Shown: one piece after another, positions 42,582 through 53,924 of the stretch
Layout: every line of letters begins with the position of its first letter
Position numbering within the stretch: position 1 is the first letter of the stretch
DNA from: Paramoeba atlantica
Lineage: Eukaryota > Protista > Discosea
Assembly: GCA_977017575.1 (NCBI GenBank)
Contig: CDRNVI010000020.1
Span: forward strand, 434,001-498,000
Reading direction: 5' to 3'
Length of the DNA stretch: 64,000 nucleotides
The notes under the pieces: generated by a model
What the model saw: the letters and a program-made list of their open reading frames with translations, nothing else
What the model was told of the DNA's origin: nothing
The model's database searches: none
Made by a program: the position numbers and the translations under genes

Positions 42582-43346
42582 ATGATCCGTCGTACTCCTG
42601 CAAAACATATTCTGCCCATTTTGGGTCGACTCGCCATTACGGCTGCTGGTATTATAGGCAAAGCTTTTGTGGACGCTCATCTGGCAGAAATACAAAAAAC
42701 ACTCCGTAAGGAATTTCAAAAACAGGCTTCCAGCTCTTATCCATATGACGAAAAAGCGTCCAGCTTTAAGGGACGTGAGAAGCGCAAAATTCACGCGTTT
42801 TTCGAAGACTCCTCAAAGGATCACGAGGACGTGCCCTCGCGCGAGCCGGAAACAATTTCTTTTGATGAACATGTGCAAAGCTTAATGTCTTTTGCCGAGG
42901 CATTTCAAATTCTTGGCATTGAATTTGAATCGAATACACAGCGTGATAAATGCAAAGGGGCACAAATTTTACTAGAGGAGAAATACAGGGCCTATTGCTA
43001 TTCTCTAAATGCGGGAGGGGTTTCACAAGACGAATTTTTGCGTCATCGCTATGATTTGCACGAAATTTATATGAAAAATTTTCTCTCAAAGAAGCAACTA
43101 GGCATTGCTGAGGATACCCTAAGACGTTGGCTTCTCTTTTTACGATTTGACACTCATACGACAAACGAAGGTGTCATTACAAAGAGTTCTAAAGAAACGA
43201 TTGTCAAGAATATCGCGTCTGACTCTTCAAAAGACGTGTCACCCGATGTTAATTCTCACACTTCTGCAGCTTTTTCCTCGTACTTACTGGCTAAAATCAT
43301 TACTGCTTACCGAATTCTTATCGACCCTACATTTGATCCAACTTGA
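42582..43346 (+). CDS. PAM16: Pam16/Tim16-like J-like protein with a large internal insertion
   Basis: GIIGKAFVDAH (cf. QVVGRAFARAL), MSFAEAFQILGI (cf. LSLQEAQQILNV) and SSYLLAKIITAYRIL (cf. SFYLQSKVVRAKERL). Confidence 0.68.
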   Translation: MIRRTPAKHILPILGRLAITAAGIIGKAFVDAHLAEIQKTLRKEFQKQASSSYPYDEKASSFKGREKRKIHAFFEDSSKDHEDVPSREPETISFDEHVQSLMSFAEAFQILGIEFESNTQRDKCKGAQILLEEKYRAYCYSLNAGGVSQDEFLRHRYDLHEIYMKNFLSKKQLGIAEDTLRRWLLFLRFDTHTTNEGVITKSSKETIVKNIASDSSKDVSPDVNSHTSAAFSSYLLAKIITAYRILIDPTFDPT

Positions 43347-43531
43347 CGGACATTTCTTTTCAAAAGAATTGACTCAGCTTACACGTTCAACAATTACTTA
43401 TTGCTCAACCGATTGGTAGACATTTTTTTACCTTTTTTTTAATACCATCTTTATTTCTATCCTAGTCAGCAATAAGAAATCTATTCTTGCATCCTAAATC
43501 TTCTTTACTCCCTTATTTTCTTTACTCCTTC

Positions 43532-44839
43532 ATGGACGATGCCATTAAGCAAACCTTGTTATTAATAGAGCGCGCTCGAGAAGTTGGCTGCAATGCGATA
43601 AGAAAATTAAAGACTCGAACCCCCTTATTACCCTCAGGCGCATTAAAAAGCAATCATGAAGAACCGATCGAAGATTTTCCAAAAGAAAATACAATTGAGA
43701 ATAGCGTTTCATCAAAAGCAGAAAATGAACCTGCTCTATCCGTAGCAACTGATGCTGATCTACGAGCGGATGATACTTCTATAAACACACTTTCTGCAAC
43801 CACTATTTTAGAAGAGCACGATCTGCAAGTTCTTTCATCCATGAGTGTCGCTTACTGTCATCTTATGCAGTCCATGGAATCCGAAATAAAAAAATGGCAG
43901 GAAAAGCAAACCCAGGAAGAATCACAGTGTGATCGATCAGAAATGTATCTAACGAGTATTGCACAAACCAGTGATTCATCCTCTGAAATATTTTCAGCAT
44001 CCAACATGTCAAATCCACAACTTAGTCCTCCTTTTAGCGATCCAAATCTAACCAATAATTCTGCTTCCGAAGTAGCTGCTCCTCGCGAATTGCGCGATTC
44101 TTTGAATACAACAGCAGATCGAAGCACAGCATGCGAAATACAACGGGATGAAAAAACATTGGGATCCCTTGAAAGTGTATGCAGTACGGCGAACAGGGAG
44201 AATTTGCAATGTTTCAACGCGTTGCTCCATTTTTTACGCACACAGGATTGCCTGCGTGAGTACAACCGCATGGGCATGCACTCGCTTCCTTGGAAGATTG
44301 CGAGCAAGGCAGCGAAATCCCCGGATGACGCTTTGTGGAACGTCCTGGTTCTCCGTCGTGATATCGACGAGAGCAGTGATCGTAAAGAGAGTCCTCTTCC
44401 GGTCATGTGGCTTACATTAGAGACGCATTCCGATTTTTTGAGGAAAAGTGAATCCTCTCCTTTGAAGGCTCGCGAACATCAGCATTTGGTGACTCCCCAA
44501 AAAGAATTTTATCTGTGGGTCGCTTTTCCGGAAAATAACGCTTTTCTGCACACATTAGTGCAAGGCGTGAATGAGACTTGCAGCAGAGGTGAAGCGATGT
44601 CCCCCAGCGAGATGTGCCAGATTTTTATTGAAGAAAATACTTGCACGTCGTGGGCATATCTTCCTTTTTTGCAGCACGTCGCTCGTTACGTTTGTAGGAA
44701 TTTCGAAATGGTCACTCCCGAACTCTCGGGAGTGGGAAACATCTCGACGCCGGAACTTTCCTCTGAGATTCTCAAGGATAACGCTATGCATGCTTTGGAA
44801 AATTTTGAGTCACTGCTGCTTCACAAATTTCCCATGTAA
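43532..44839 (+). CDS. Hypothetical protein, about 435 aa, with acidic/Ser-rich N-half and globular C-half
   Basis: Long uninterrupted ORF on the gene strand; ATG 43532 preferred over TTG 43487. No family recognised. Confidence 0.75.
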   Translation: MDDAIKQTLLLIERAREVGCNAIRKLKTRTPLLPSGALKSNHEEPIEDFPKENTIENSVSSKAENEPALSVATDADLRADDTSINTLSATTILEEHDLQVLSSMSVAYCHLMQSMESEIKKWQEKQTQEESQCDRSEMYLTSIAQTSDSSSEIFSASNMSNPQLSPPFSDPNLTNNSASEVAAPRELRDSLNTTADRSTACEIQRDEKTLGSLESVCSTANRENLQCFNALLHFLRTQDCLREYNRMGMHSLPWKIASKAAKSPDDALWNVLVLRRDIDESSDRKESPLPVMWLTLETHSDFLRKSESSPLKAREHQHLVTPQKEFYLWVAFPENNAFLHTLVQGVNETCSRGEAMSPSEMCQIFIEENTCTSWAYLPFLQHVARYVCRNFEMVTPELSGVGNISTPELSSEILKDNAMHALENFESLLLHKFPM

Positions 44840-45074
44840 TGAATTATACGTGTAGTACTTCAGATGGGAAGCTTCCCCACAGAAACTTATTTGATTCAGT
44901 CATAATTCGTTCAACACGTCGAGTCTTAGTTTTAGAGAGGTGAAACCTGCTCGGTTCTACAGTAGCGTCTTCGGTCGAGTTCAAAGTAGCATACACCTTT
45001 AACTAGTTGAGAATTCATATTTTCTTGATCGTTTTAATTCCAAGCAATGGCCGTTTTCTATTGCGGGGCTGCTA

Positions 45075-45290
45075 TGGAGATTCTGCAGTTACCCAGTGTG
45101 ATCTTGTGTACGCTGTGCTACCCAGTGCAACCTGTGCTACCCAGTGTTACCCAGAGAAGACTTTTGCAAGGTCACTGGTGGTGGCCTCTCGACCACCACC
45201 TCTGCAGTGGCGGGGATGAAGACAGTACCTGGAGGTTGGCGCCAATAGTCGAAAATAGTGGGCTCGATCTAGGTATTTTTTGAGGTAGTC
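45075..45290. repeat. About 215-bp repeat module, second copy at 58102-58318
   Basis: Shared atggagattctgcagttacccagtgtgatcttgtg...ttttgcaaggtcact...cctggaggttgg...gtcgaaaatagtggg. Confidence 0.85.
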
Positions 45291-45835
45291 GTCAGGATGA
45301 AGAGCCGTTTTGAAATGATAAAGCGCGACGAAACGTGATGCGCGAATGCAGGCATCCCGCGGTACGTAGCTACTTGCCAAAGAATCCGAGCTACATCATC
45401 GGAAGTCAGCTGTTTCATGCACAACCAGTATTTGCTGTATGTGCAGCAAACCCGTTGTGCGCTTTCCACATTGACACCCACGGCACTCAGCGTTTCCTTG
45501 AATGCGCGGGATATCTCTTCAATATTTTTCGGAGCGGTACTTACGGGACATACATGTATGTTGGCGGTGACGGGCACGTTTTTGTAACTACAGCGCAGGT
45601 ATGTCTCCACATCCACAATGGTAGATGCTGCGTCTTCTGTTGCTTGACACACGAGACAACGCCTAGGAGCCAACACCGAAAAAAACGTTTTCTTTCCACA
45701 TTCCGTACAGTAAAGCTGCGGAAGAGAATCTTGCCCAGACATAGCCATACAGGAGGAAATCATGTTAAGGAGTTTGATTGAAAAATTATTTTTTATTCTT
45801 TTGCATTCAGAAATCTCAAAGAGTACTAATTTCAA
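45269..45835 (-). mobile_element. Repeat-embedded Cys-rich ORF (CTEC...CLVC), second copy at 61328-61912
   Basis: Two copies about 90% identical by eye, antisense to host genes, flanked by gctacccagtgttaccca motifs. Confidence 0.6.
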
Positions 45836-46201
45836 AAATATTGATTAATAATTTACCCGGTGCAACCTGTGCTACCCAGTGTTACCCATAGAAACTTCTA
45901 AAAAGGCGGACTTGCAGAAGGTCCTATGGCGAGGTTTCACCGAGGGTTTCATCGAGGTTCCGAAGTTTCACGAAGTTCGACGAGGTTTCACTCGCAGCCC
46001 CTCTATTATTGATCGTAGCAAAATCGCAGTATCGAAAGGGTCACGTGGAATCTAAAAATTCATTTTTTTGTTCTTTATTCTTTTCACATAAAATACTATC
46101 CATTACGGTTTCACACTTACTGGTATGAAGCACCGCATGCCGATTTGCACCACTGAAACGTTCTGTTTACATGATTCATTTGAATATTATCCTGTAGCGC
46201 A

Positions 46202-47215
46202 ATGACACTTCACACATTCATTGAGATAGATCCGTATGCCCCATACACAGTAGACTGGTGGTCTCCTTTAAATTACTCACCCGACATCGATGCCTGCCAC
46301 ATCGATGCGTTCCGTCATGGGAGCTTACGTGGGCGGGAGCTAGACTCCTATGGAATAAAATGCGTCCGTCTAAAACTTTTGCTTCACATCGTACAAGCAC
46401 AGTCGCTTGGCGAAAGTCTTCTTCTATTTTGTAGAACCTCTTTGGAGTGTGAAGCCATCGGTCGCCAGCTACGCACTTTATGCATGCGTCGATCACATGT
46501 TAAGTGGGCAAACCGAAATGGAGAACCGAGGGATAAGGACGAAAGCGCACCATCGAGGCGTACACACACATTAGGTCACTTTGACTTGCCAAAGGAAAAG
46601 CTATCCCGAAACATTAACGCGTTTTTCTCCCAAAAAGTGAAGTGTCTCGTTTGCACGGATTCCGTTCTTCCCTTGCTTTCCTCCTATGAGGGTTCGAGAC
46701 CAAAATTTTTGCTGATACACACGAGTCTACCATACAGTTTAGCCCAATACAATGGGCGACTGCATGCAGTACGAAACACAAAGGAAAGTTTGTGTTTGGT
46801 GTCAACAAAGTTCGTAGAAAAGGTGGATGCTAGCGCGGTAAAGCCCTCTTGTATCTCTACCAGTGCACAGGATAAAGACTCATGTGCCCTTTCGCCTTCC
46901 AATTCAACGAAGTCTGTAGAAGTCGAAACTTTGGATAGTACAACCTTTTCCTGGGTGAATGAGGCAAATCTTTTTATTGAGTTTCAGCAGGAAGTGTGCT
47001 TCACAAATATTACCTCGCAATATGATTTCTGTCGAAGTGCACCAACAGTTGATGCATTATTAGAGGGCAGTAGAGAAAGAAAATTTAAACCTACTTTTAA
47101 GTTAAGCGAACCTACAGATAAGGACAACCTGATTGAATTGTTTATGCGACGAAGCCAGAGATTCTATTTTTCTGTTATCGAATCCCTTAGCATTGGTCCT
47201 GAAACAATCGTATGA
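46202..47215 (+). CDS. Protein with an isolated, degenerate SF2 helicase C-terminal (RecA2)-like domain
   Basis: LLLFCRTSLECEAIGRQL (motif IV-like), HFDLPKEK...FFSQKVKCLVCTD (motif V region), LIHTSLPYSLAQYNGR (motif VI-like, degenerate). No Walker A or DExD/H. Confidence 0.55.
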   Translation: MTLHTFIEIDPYAPYTVDWWSPLNYSPDIDACHIDAFRHGSLRGRELDSYGIKCVRLKLLLHIVQAQSLGESLLLFCRTSLECEAIGRQLRTLCMRRSHVKWANRNGEPRDKDESAPSRRTHTLGHFDLPKEKLSRNINAFFSQKVKCLVCTDSVLPLLSSYEGSRPKFLLIHTSLPYSLAQYNGRLHAVRNTKESLCLVSTKFVEKVDASAVKPSCISTSAQDKDSCALSPSNSTKSVEVETLDSTTFSWVNEANLFIEFQQEVCFTNITSQYDFCRSAPTVDALLEGSRERKFKPTFKLSEPTDKDNLIELFMRRSQRFYFSVIESLSIGPETIV

Positions 47216-48220
47216 AATTGTGTTGCAAATTGTGTTGTTTATAATCTTTATTATTTTCTTCTTAGTCCTCAATAAAAGAAACTTCTTAAACCCCCTGTAC
47301 AGTTATTATTCCACTTTTTTAGTATTCCAATTTCCACTTATTATCCCACTTTTTTTATTATTCCAACATTCAAAATGGAGTCCCCACTCAACGCTGTCCT
47401 TGGATATTCGAAGAATTTTCTCTATTTATGCTTCGGAGGTTGTCGAGGCGAACGTCGAGGACACGGAATGGGAATAGTTGAATTGAGTGACGATGACGTC
47501 GAATGTTCTTGTTCAAGTGAAAAGGGTGTTGATATTGAAACTGTTCCGCACAACGGGTGCATGGAGAACAAAAGAAAGAAGACGAAGAATTTGAAGAGGA
47601 AAATAGTAACAATATGATCTTGGCCTCTTTCGACTTTTATAACGTATCGTCGAACTATCTTGAGTAGAAGAGCAAATTTATAATGTGCTCTTGTCATAAT
47701 CGCTGCGTATACTGGCAGAGAAGAGTGGAAAACTACTCAAACGATACAGGAACCGTTTCTGTAAATGCAATTTTCGTAGAAAGTTTTTGACACCCTCAAA
47801 CTGGGGAATCAAGGTTGGGACCTCCACGCTGTCTTCCCTGGCACTTCCTTGTTGTTGATGGTACCCATGCCGACCGAAAACTACTAAAACTATTCCACTA
47901 AAAAAAGTGGAATAATAACTGTACAGGGGGTTTACATACCACTTGTACCATCTCATTGTATAACTCAGTACTGCATACACTGTATGTTCTGTAAAAATTA
48001 AGCTCTTTATTTCCTTATGACTCCACTAAGCCCACCATTGTCTCCGTCGGGAATGGGAATGACTTTTGTGATTGTGTTCATATCTAAGAGTCCAAGAAAG
48101 AAAGTCGAGTAAGTAATAAAAGTGCAAAATCGTGACGATTTTTTACTTACGAAAACAATATACACCCCCGCCAAAAAGTATTGTTCACAAAAATGGTCGA
48201 CACAAAAAGTATTGTATTTA

Positions 48221-49115
48221 CTGTGCCCCCCCCCCCACTTATAGTACCGTTTTGAAAAAAAATGCCCGAAAAAAATCGACCAATTTTTTTTGACCAAAAA
48301 GGTAGAGTAAATCTGGTGTAAATTTCTAATATTTTCATTTGTGGAAATCATTGAGACATTATTATTAGTTCCCTTCATCCATTTAGTGACTGCTGGTTCT
48401 CACGAAAATGAGGCGCCGGACAAAGCGCACACTCGTGGCCCTTCCATGCAGGGCATTGGACTGCGTATAGTGTACGCGGCGTAGTTCCCTTCATCCATTT
48501 AATGACTGTTGATTCTCACGAAAACGAGGCGCCAGACAAAGCGCACTCTTGTGGATCGGCGATTTCAGGTCCTTGGAACGCTGGTTTACGGTTATTCCAC
48601 CAGTGCCGAGAATAGGTCCCTGTTGGCCACCCGTCCTCCCCCCAACACATTTGATTCTCTTCCCATCAGCACACCTAGGACCTCTAGAGTGTGCTTGACT
48701 ATGCAAGATAAGTTGAATGTGTGTCTAAGCGAATTGGAAACAAAACGGCTGAGCGAAACGTATCGGATCAATTTAGGAACTGTCCGAAGCAACGGTGCCT
48801 CTTTTTAATAAAAAGAGGCACCGCTCGATACAATTTATCGATCATGCATCAATCGCGGTCTCAAAGGAAGAAAGCGCCAGAGAAGCTTTAACAAAGAGCG
48901 AAAGGCAATTTTATGGAAAGTGCACCTTAAATTGCTCCAAGAAATTAATGGTAACACATGATAGAAAGAATTGCGCCGCGAAGCGGCGCGCTTTTTTTTT
49001 TGTGGGTGGAAATTTTTTCACTCTCGACCTGAAACATACTACTCCCCCCCACTTATAATGCCGTTTGGTCGAAAACAGCGGCACTATACATGCTGTACGT
49101 GGGGGGGGGGCACAG
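48221..49115. mobile_element. TA-flanked TIR element, 895 bp, with an internal tandem duplication (about 48367-48550)
   Basis: ctgtgccccccccc... / ...gggggggcacag termini. Empty site seen in the inverted homolog at TA 57059-57060. Confidence 0.85.
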
Positions 49116-49117
49116 TA

Positions 49118-49380
49118 TTAGTATCGACCATTTTTTTGAGTTTTGACCTGAATTTTAGTTGTTTCTTTTTCGAAATTACAGGAAATTAGCATAATGAGTT
49201 CTGATGTACGCGGCCACTTGATCATCTCGAGGGAAGCTGAATGATTTCTCTCCTATTTTTATGCTTCACTATACGTTTACACAGGTCCGATATGATAATG
49301 TCCAACTTTTTGGAGGCCAGTGGCAACTCGTGGAAATCGACAAAAAGTATTGTATTTATTAGTATCGACCAAAAATTCGA
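49118..49380. repeat. Inverted duplicate of about 56829-57058 (with 48160-48220 matching 57059-57118)
   Basis: Long near-identical reverse-complement match. Confidence 0.85.
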
Positions 49381-49652
49381 GGTCGATACTAATAAATTAC
49401 AAAACTTTTTTAGCGGGGGTGTAAGCATTCTTGATTTGCTCTACCGACGTACCACTTTTTTCAAAAAAGGCGAATTTTCCTTTACTTTAACCGATTTATC
49501 AGTTATCATTATCAAATTTAATCGGAGGGGGAGTAATAACCTGGACGGTGGTTTAGCATTTTTTCGTGTATCGTTTGACATGAGAAGACGCCCCTTTTTA
49601 CGATTGTTACGGTACTCGCACAATATCTGCTTCAAAATCTATTTCATAGCAC

Positions 49653-50498
49653 ATGTCCGAAAACCAAACTAGGCAAACGCATTCAAGTGACGCAAATGCA
49701 CCTGGTTCTGCTACTGAAGGCTACAGAACTCGTAGCGGAAAAGTTCGGGGAGCATCCCTGCCTCCGGAATTTCAACTCTCTCAATTTTTAGAGGGCTTAA
49801 AGGATACCCACTCTACTTGGACTACAAAGATTCCGGCTTGCGAATGGTCTGGAATTCGGTGTAAAAATAAAACTAGGCCCTATGATGTCACACACATTGA
49901 GTGGAAGCGACGTCTCCTTCAAGGAACTCCAAATTGGAAACATTTACCTCAATCGGTGACTCGTCTGATTATATACAAAAATCTTTTGACAGGTGAGGTG
50001 CCTTTTAGTTGCCTCCCTGATAAACTTACACATCTGCATTTGGGATCAAACATGCTCAGCGGTCCACTAGATGTGGAGGGTATGCCGGATACTCTGAGTG
50101 AAGTCTACTTGTGGACAAACTCTTTCCATGGTACTCTGAACTTGAGTGCTCTTCCCAAAAGCATAAGCGTGTTTGCAGTTGATAGAAATAGGCTTTTTGG
50201 GTCACTTAATCTGACCTCCTTGCCACAGTCAGTGACAGAGCTCATCCTAAGAGAAAATGCTTTTTCGGGTGATATAGACTTAGGTTACCTTCCTTCATCT
50301 CTTGTGTCACTTGATCTGAGCATGAATCGCCTGGAAAGCATAGCGGGTTTTTACTCATTATCGAACACGCTGATAGACTTGAGTGTCTCAAATAACAAAG
50401 ATCTTGTCGGGAACTTTGATGGGGCGTTGATGCCTTCTCTTATCGAATTCGAGTTTCACAACACACTTATAAAGGAAACGTCGGTGCGTAACGAGTGA
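49653..50498 (+). CDS. Short LRR protein (member 12)
   Basis: TRSGKVRGASLPPE, PACEWSGIRC, about 8 LRRs. Confidence 0.9.
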   Translation: MSENQTRQTHSSDANAPGSATEGYRTRSGKVRGASLPPEFQLSQFLEGLKDTHSTWTTKIPACEWSGIRCKNKTRPYDVTHIEWKRRLLQGTPNWKHLPQSVTRLIIYKNLLTGEVPFSCLPDKLTHLHLGSNMLSGPLDVEGMPDTLSEVYLWTNSFHGTLNLSALPKSISVFAVDRNRLFGSLNLTSLPQSVTELILRENAFSGDIDLGYLPSSLVSLDLSMNRLESIAGFYSLSNTLIDLSVSNNKDLVGNFDGALMPSLIEFEFHNTLIKETSVRNE

Positions 50499-50832
50499 AC
50501 GACTTTTTCTGGTACATGTGTCTTTTTTCGCATGTATTTGCATTCCCACTGCGTTTTTCATTCTTTTGCGACAAAATTGGTGCGCTCTTCCCTAAAATAC
50601 AGGGTTTGTAACGTCATAATCCATTATTTAACGAGCGTCCGTCGTATGTACGTGTAGTACAAGGACGGCTATGTCGAAGTTAAACAATTTCAGAAGTTGT
50701 AAATAATCTCCAATTCTAAAGAAATGCGCAGAAAGCGTTATTTCTGTGCACAAGTAAATAAGAAACAATATTCTCTACAAGCATGGAACACCGTATTCCG
50801 TCAATTTTCAAAATTTATTATTTCCTCACTAG

Positions 50833-51783
50833 ATGAACATTTTCTGCCTTTTCCTCCACCATACGGCGTACTTTTCCGACACATCCGCCTCTGCCTCTCG
50901 TCTTGGTAAGGCTCGCTCTGTGCTTATTCCTCCCGAAGAGCTCCTACTTCGTTTTACGGACAGTCTATCCACTCGTCCACAGAGCTGGGCGCTAAGCAAT
51001 AGCGAATCTTCTTCCATAGAGTCGCGTGCACCATGCAATTGGGAAGGTGTATTTTGCGATTCGATGGGCCGCGTTATAGAACTCAACCTGTTTTCTCGAG
51101 CCTCTAACTTATACGGGCCTCTCAACTGGGAGTTTCTTCCCTGTACCATTACGTACGTCGAGATCAGCGACTGTGATGCCCTGACCGGAACTCTCCCCTT
51201 ACACGCCCTCCCCTCATCTCTCCGTGTGTTATGTGCAATGAGCAACGCAATGTCCGGGAACCTTGACCTCAGTGCTCTCCCATCTTCTCTTCGAGAGTTA
51301 AAACTAGGTCACAACCAGTTCTCCGGTCCTCTCTCTCTCCACGAACTAAGCCCCGTGCTTGAGTGTCTCTCCTTACCCCACAACCGCTTTTCGGAAAATC
51401 TCGAACTTCGGTGCCTCCCTTCTCGATTAGCGTTGTTGGACCTTTCCCATAATGCGTTCGATGGGGACGTGGACCTCACAGCCCTCCCCCCGTCGTTACT
51501 CTCTCTGAGTCTTTCCCACAACGGGTTAACGGGGCACGTTGTGCTGCGTCGCCTCCCGCCTGCTCTCCACACGTTGGATTTATCACATAATCACTTTTCC
51601 GGGGTGGCGGATCTGGGAGAGATTCAATCCCACGCCTTGTGGAGGGAGGCCCCTCCGGTAGGCTCACAGATCACCGGGATGTCTATGCAGGGAAACCGGA
51701 TTGAGGGCCATTTGCCCTCCGGAAAGCTACCATCATGGTTTCGAGGAGTAGGCGAGGATGACTCGAGTTGTGCGTTAATGTAG
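50833..51783 (+). CDS. Short LRR protein (member 13, divergent)
   Basis: SRLGKARSVLIPPE, PCNWEGVFC, LRRs LxxLxLSHNxFSG. Confidence 0.88.
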   Translation: MNIFCLFLHHTAYFSDTSASASRLGKARSVLIPPEELLLRFTDSLSTRPQSWALSNSESSSIESRAPCNWEGVFCDSMGRVIELNLFSRASNLYGPLNWEFLPCTITYVEISDCDALTGTLPLHALPSSLRVLCAMSNAMSGNLDLSALPSSLRELKLGHNQFSGPLSLHELSPVLECLSLPHNRFSENLELRCLPSRLALLDLSHNAFDGDVDLTALPPSLLSLSLSHNGLTGHVVLRRLPPALHTLDLSHNHFSGVADLGEIQSHALWREAPPVGSQITGMSMQGNRIEGHLPSGKLPSWFRGVGEDDSSCALM

Positions 51784-52029
51784 GCAAGAGAACAAGATAC
51801 TAACCATTTTACTAAAATGTTTACAGAAGCTTTTTCTCAACGATGGAGAGTCTGCAAATGACCCTTTGTCACGATGGAAAATTATCTCCAGGGTCTCCTG
51901 TTCTTTGTAGCGCAATGACGTGAATTAAGTAAAAATAATACTCCCCCCTTCATTAGTTTCTATAAATGCCTTAACCAAAAGTATTCAGGGGCCTTGGTGG
52001 TAACCGAAATAAGCGTTTTAACAAATATA

Positions 52030-53591
52030 AGAACGAATATAATATTAGGCGCTTCGTTAAACTCGGTGGTTCTTCTCAAATTAGAAGACACCACTGCTGC
52101 GCGATTCGCTTTGAAAACTACTAGACGGGGGTCCGGTTTAGCATACCTGTGACCTGGTAACATACCGAGGGGGTATGGTATCGTGACCCAGTGTCGATAG
52201 CATACCCCCTCCTGGTTTTTCAGGCAGACAACATGTGATGTCGACTTCTTGTTCGAGGTGGCCCACGTAAATCATAACCCTACAGAGCATTATTCGTTTG
52301 TTTTCTTTACTATTTATCGCATTTTTTTTGAATTCTATGACTTTTACAAGTGGTAATATTAGCATATTTTCCTGGTAATCACTTTTTTACAAATTTAGCC
52401 AAACAACTCAACCCGTGGTGCGGTTTAATATCCAAATGCGCTTTAATATCCAAATAGCACTTTAAAATCCAAATAGGCACTTTAATATATAAATAGGCAC
52501 TTTAATATCCAAATAAGCACTTTAATATCCAAATAGAACTTTAATATCCAAATAGGTTTTTTTACTTCAAAATCACACCATGGAAACTGTCGCATCCGAA
52601 TGCTTGAAGCGCCATTCTGAAGATTTGTCACCCGATATGTGGCCCGACTTCATGCCAGATATCGTTTCAGGTGAGTTTTCGAAAAAACAGTTTACGAAGA
52701 CGTATAAACCCCCTTCCCCCACCCCCTCCCCACCAGGGTGATCATAGCAATCTTCTAGTCTAGACCGTTTTTTGAGAGTTTGGAGCCTGATATACCTGTA
52801 TACCGCCGGCGACGACGACTTCCTCGCGTGGGAAGCTGCAAGGAGTCCTAGGGAGCATGTCCACTTTAGCCTAGGTTCTAGAAAAGTGATTTTCCACGTG
52901 TATTCTAACACTGCATCTTACACTACGTCTCCTTCGCAGCTCTACCAATCAGCACCTTCCCCACCAACCGGAGCCCCGCCATACTTCATTTGGATATTAA
53001 AATGCTTGCGCTTTAATATCCAAATAGAATTTTTTGCACTTTAATATCCAAATAGCACTTTAATATCCAAATCCGTGTTTGGATATTAATCCGCACCCCG
53101 GGTTACCATACCTGTGACCGGCTACCATACCTGTGCCATACCTGTGCTAAACCGGACCCCCGTTTACTGAGTTTAACGAGGTGAATAAGAGGGTCGTGCT
53201 CAGTCGTCGCGGTTTGCCATGTTACATTAAATTCTGGATTCTCACGACCATGCTTCTCTCTAGTCATTGAATAATGTACCTTTCGCTTGCCGTTGTCAAA
53301 ACTGTGTATGACCAGTTGTCGGTGCAAGAAAAATCAGTACACTGCCGACAATTCATGTCCAAAGTAGCCCAAAAAGTGGAAAAGCATCAGATAAAGTGAT
53401 GTATTTGCCTCAAAATGACTCAAAAACACTCTTTAAAATAATTATGACTCTTTTTCAAAAAAAATAGCGGAAAGCGGTTCCCTTTCACCGTAATTTTCAA
53501 CGCGAACCGCGCAGCAATGGTGCCTTCTCACTTCACTTCAGTTGAAAACAACCACCGCGTTTAACGAAGCGACTAATATTGTATTTGTTCT
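52030..53591. mobile_element. Three nested TIR elements (outer 52030-53591, middle 52124-53164, inner 52411-53103)
   Basis: Outer IR agaac(g/a)aata(t/c)aatattag(g/t)cgcttcgttaaac. Middle perfect 19-bp IR acgggggtccggtttagca. Inner IR accc...gtgcgg(t/a)ttaatatccaaa with cactttaatatccaaatag tandem arrays. Confidence 0.78.
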
Positions 53592-53924
53592 AAAAACGCG
53601 TTAAAACGCATATTTGGTTACCCTCGAGGGCCCCGATGTGTGGACCCACCACCTACTCTCTATACGCCTCCTGTGGGGCTCCCGAGCCAAATTTCTCTTA
53701 CTGGGGGTCATCCCAAAAAGGGCTAAATCTTTTGATGGGGGGTGCCATGCTGGGGAGTCTACGGTATTCACAACAACCGACGAAATGTTTGTGAATAATA
53801 CATGGATCCCCCCTTTGTAATACCCTCGTTAATAATACCACGTGCTATTTTCCCGAAATCTTGTTTTCTCGCATCAACAACGCATGGTTTTTACCTCCTG
53901 ATGACTTGAACATCATTCTTTCCC

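Noticed and set aside
48367-48800. Possible mariner transposase remnants inside the 895-bp TIR element
   Set aside because: Only scattered two- to four-residue resemblances across broken frames; not enough to call.
52420-52560. Regular 19-20 bp repeats (also 8950-9270, 2035-2200, 56509-56620) considered as CRISPR arrays
   Set aside because: They are head-to-tail repeats without unique spacers, there are no cas genes, the context is eukaryotic, and most lie inside TIR elements.
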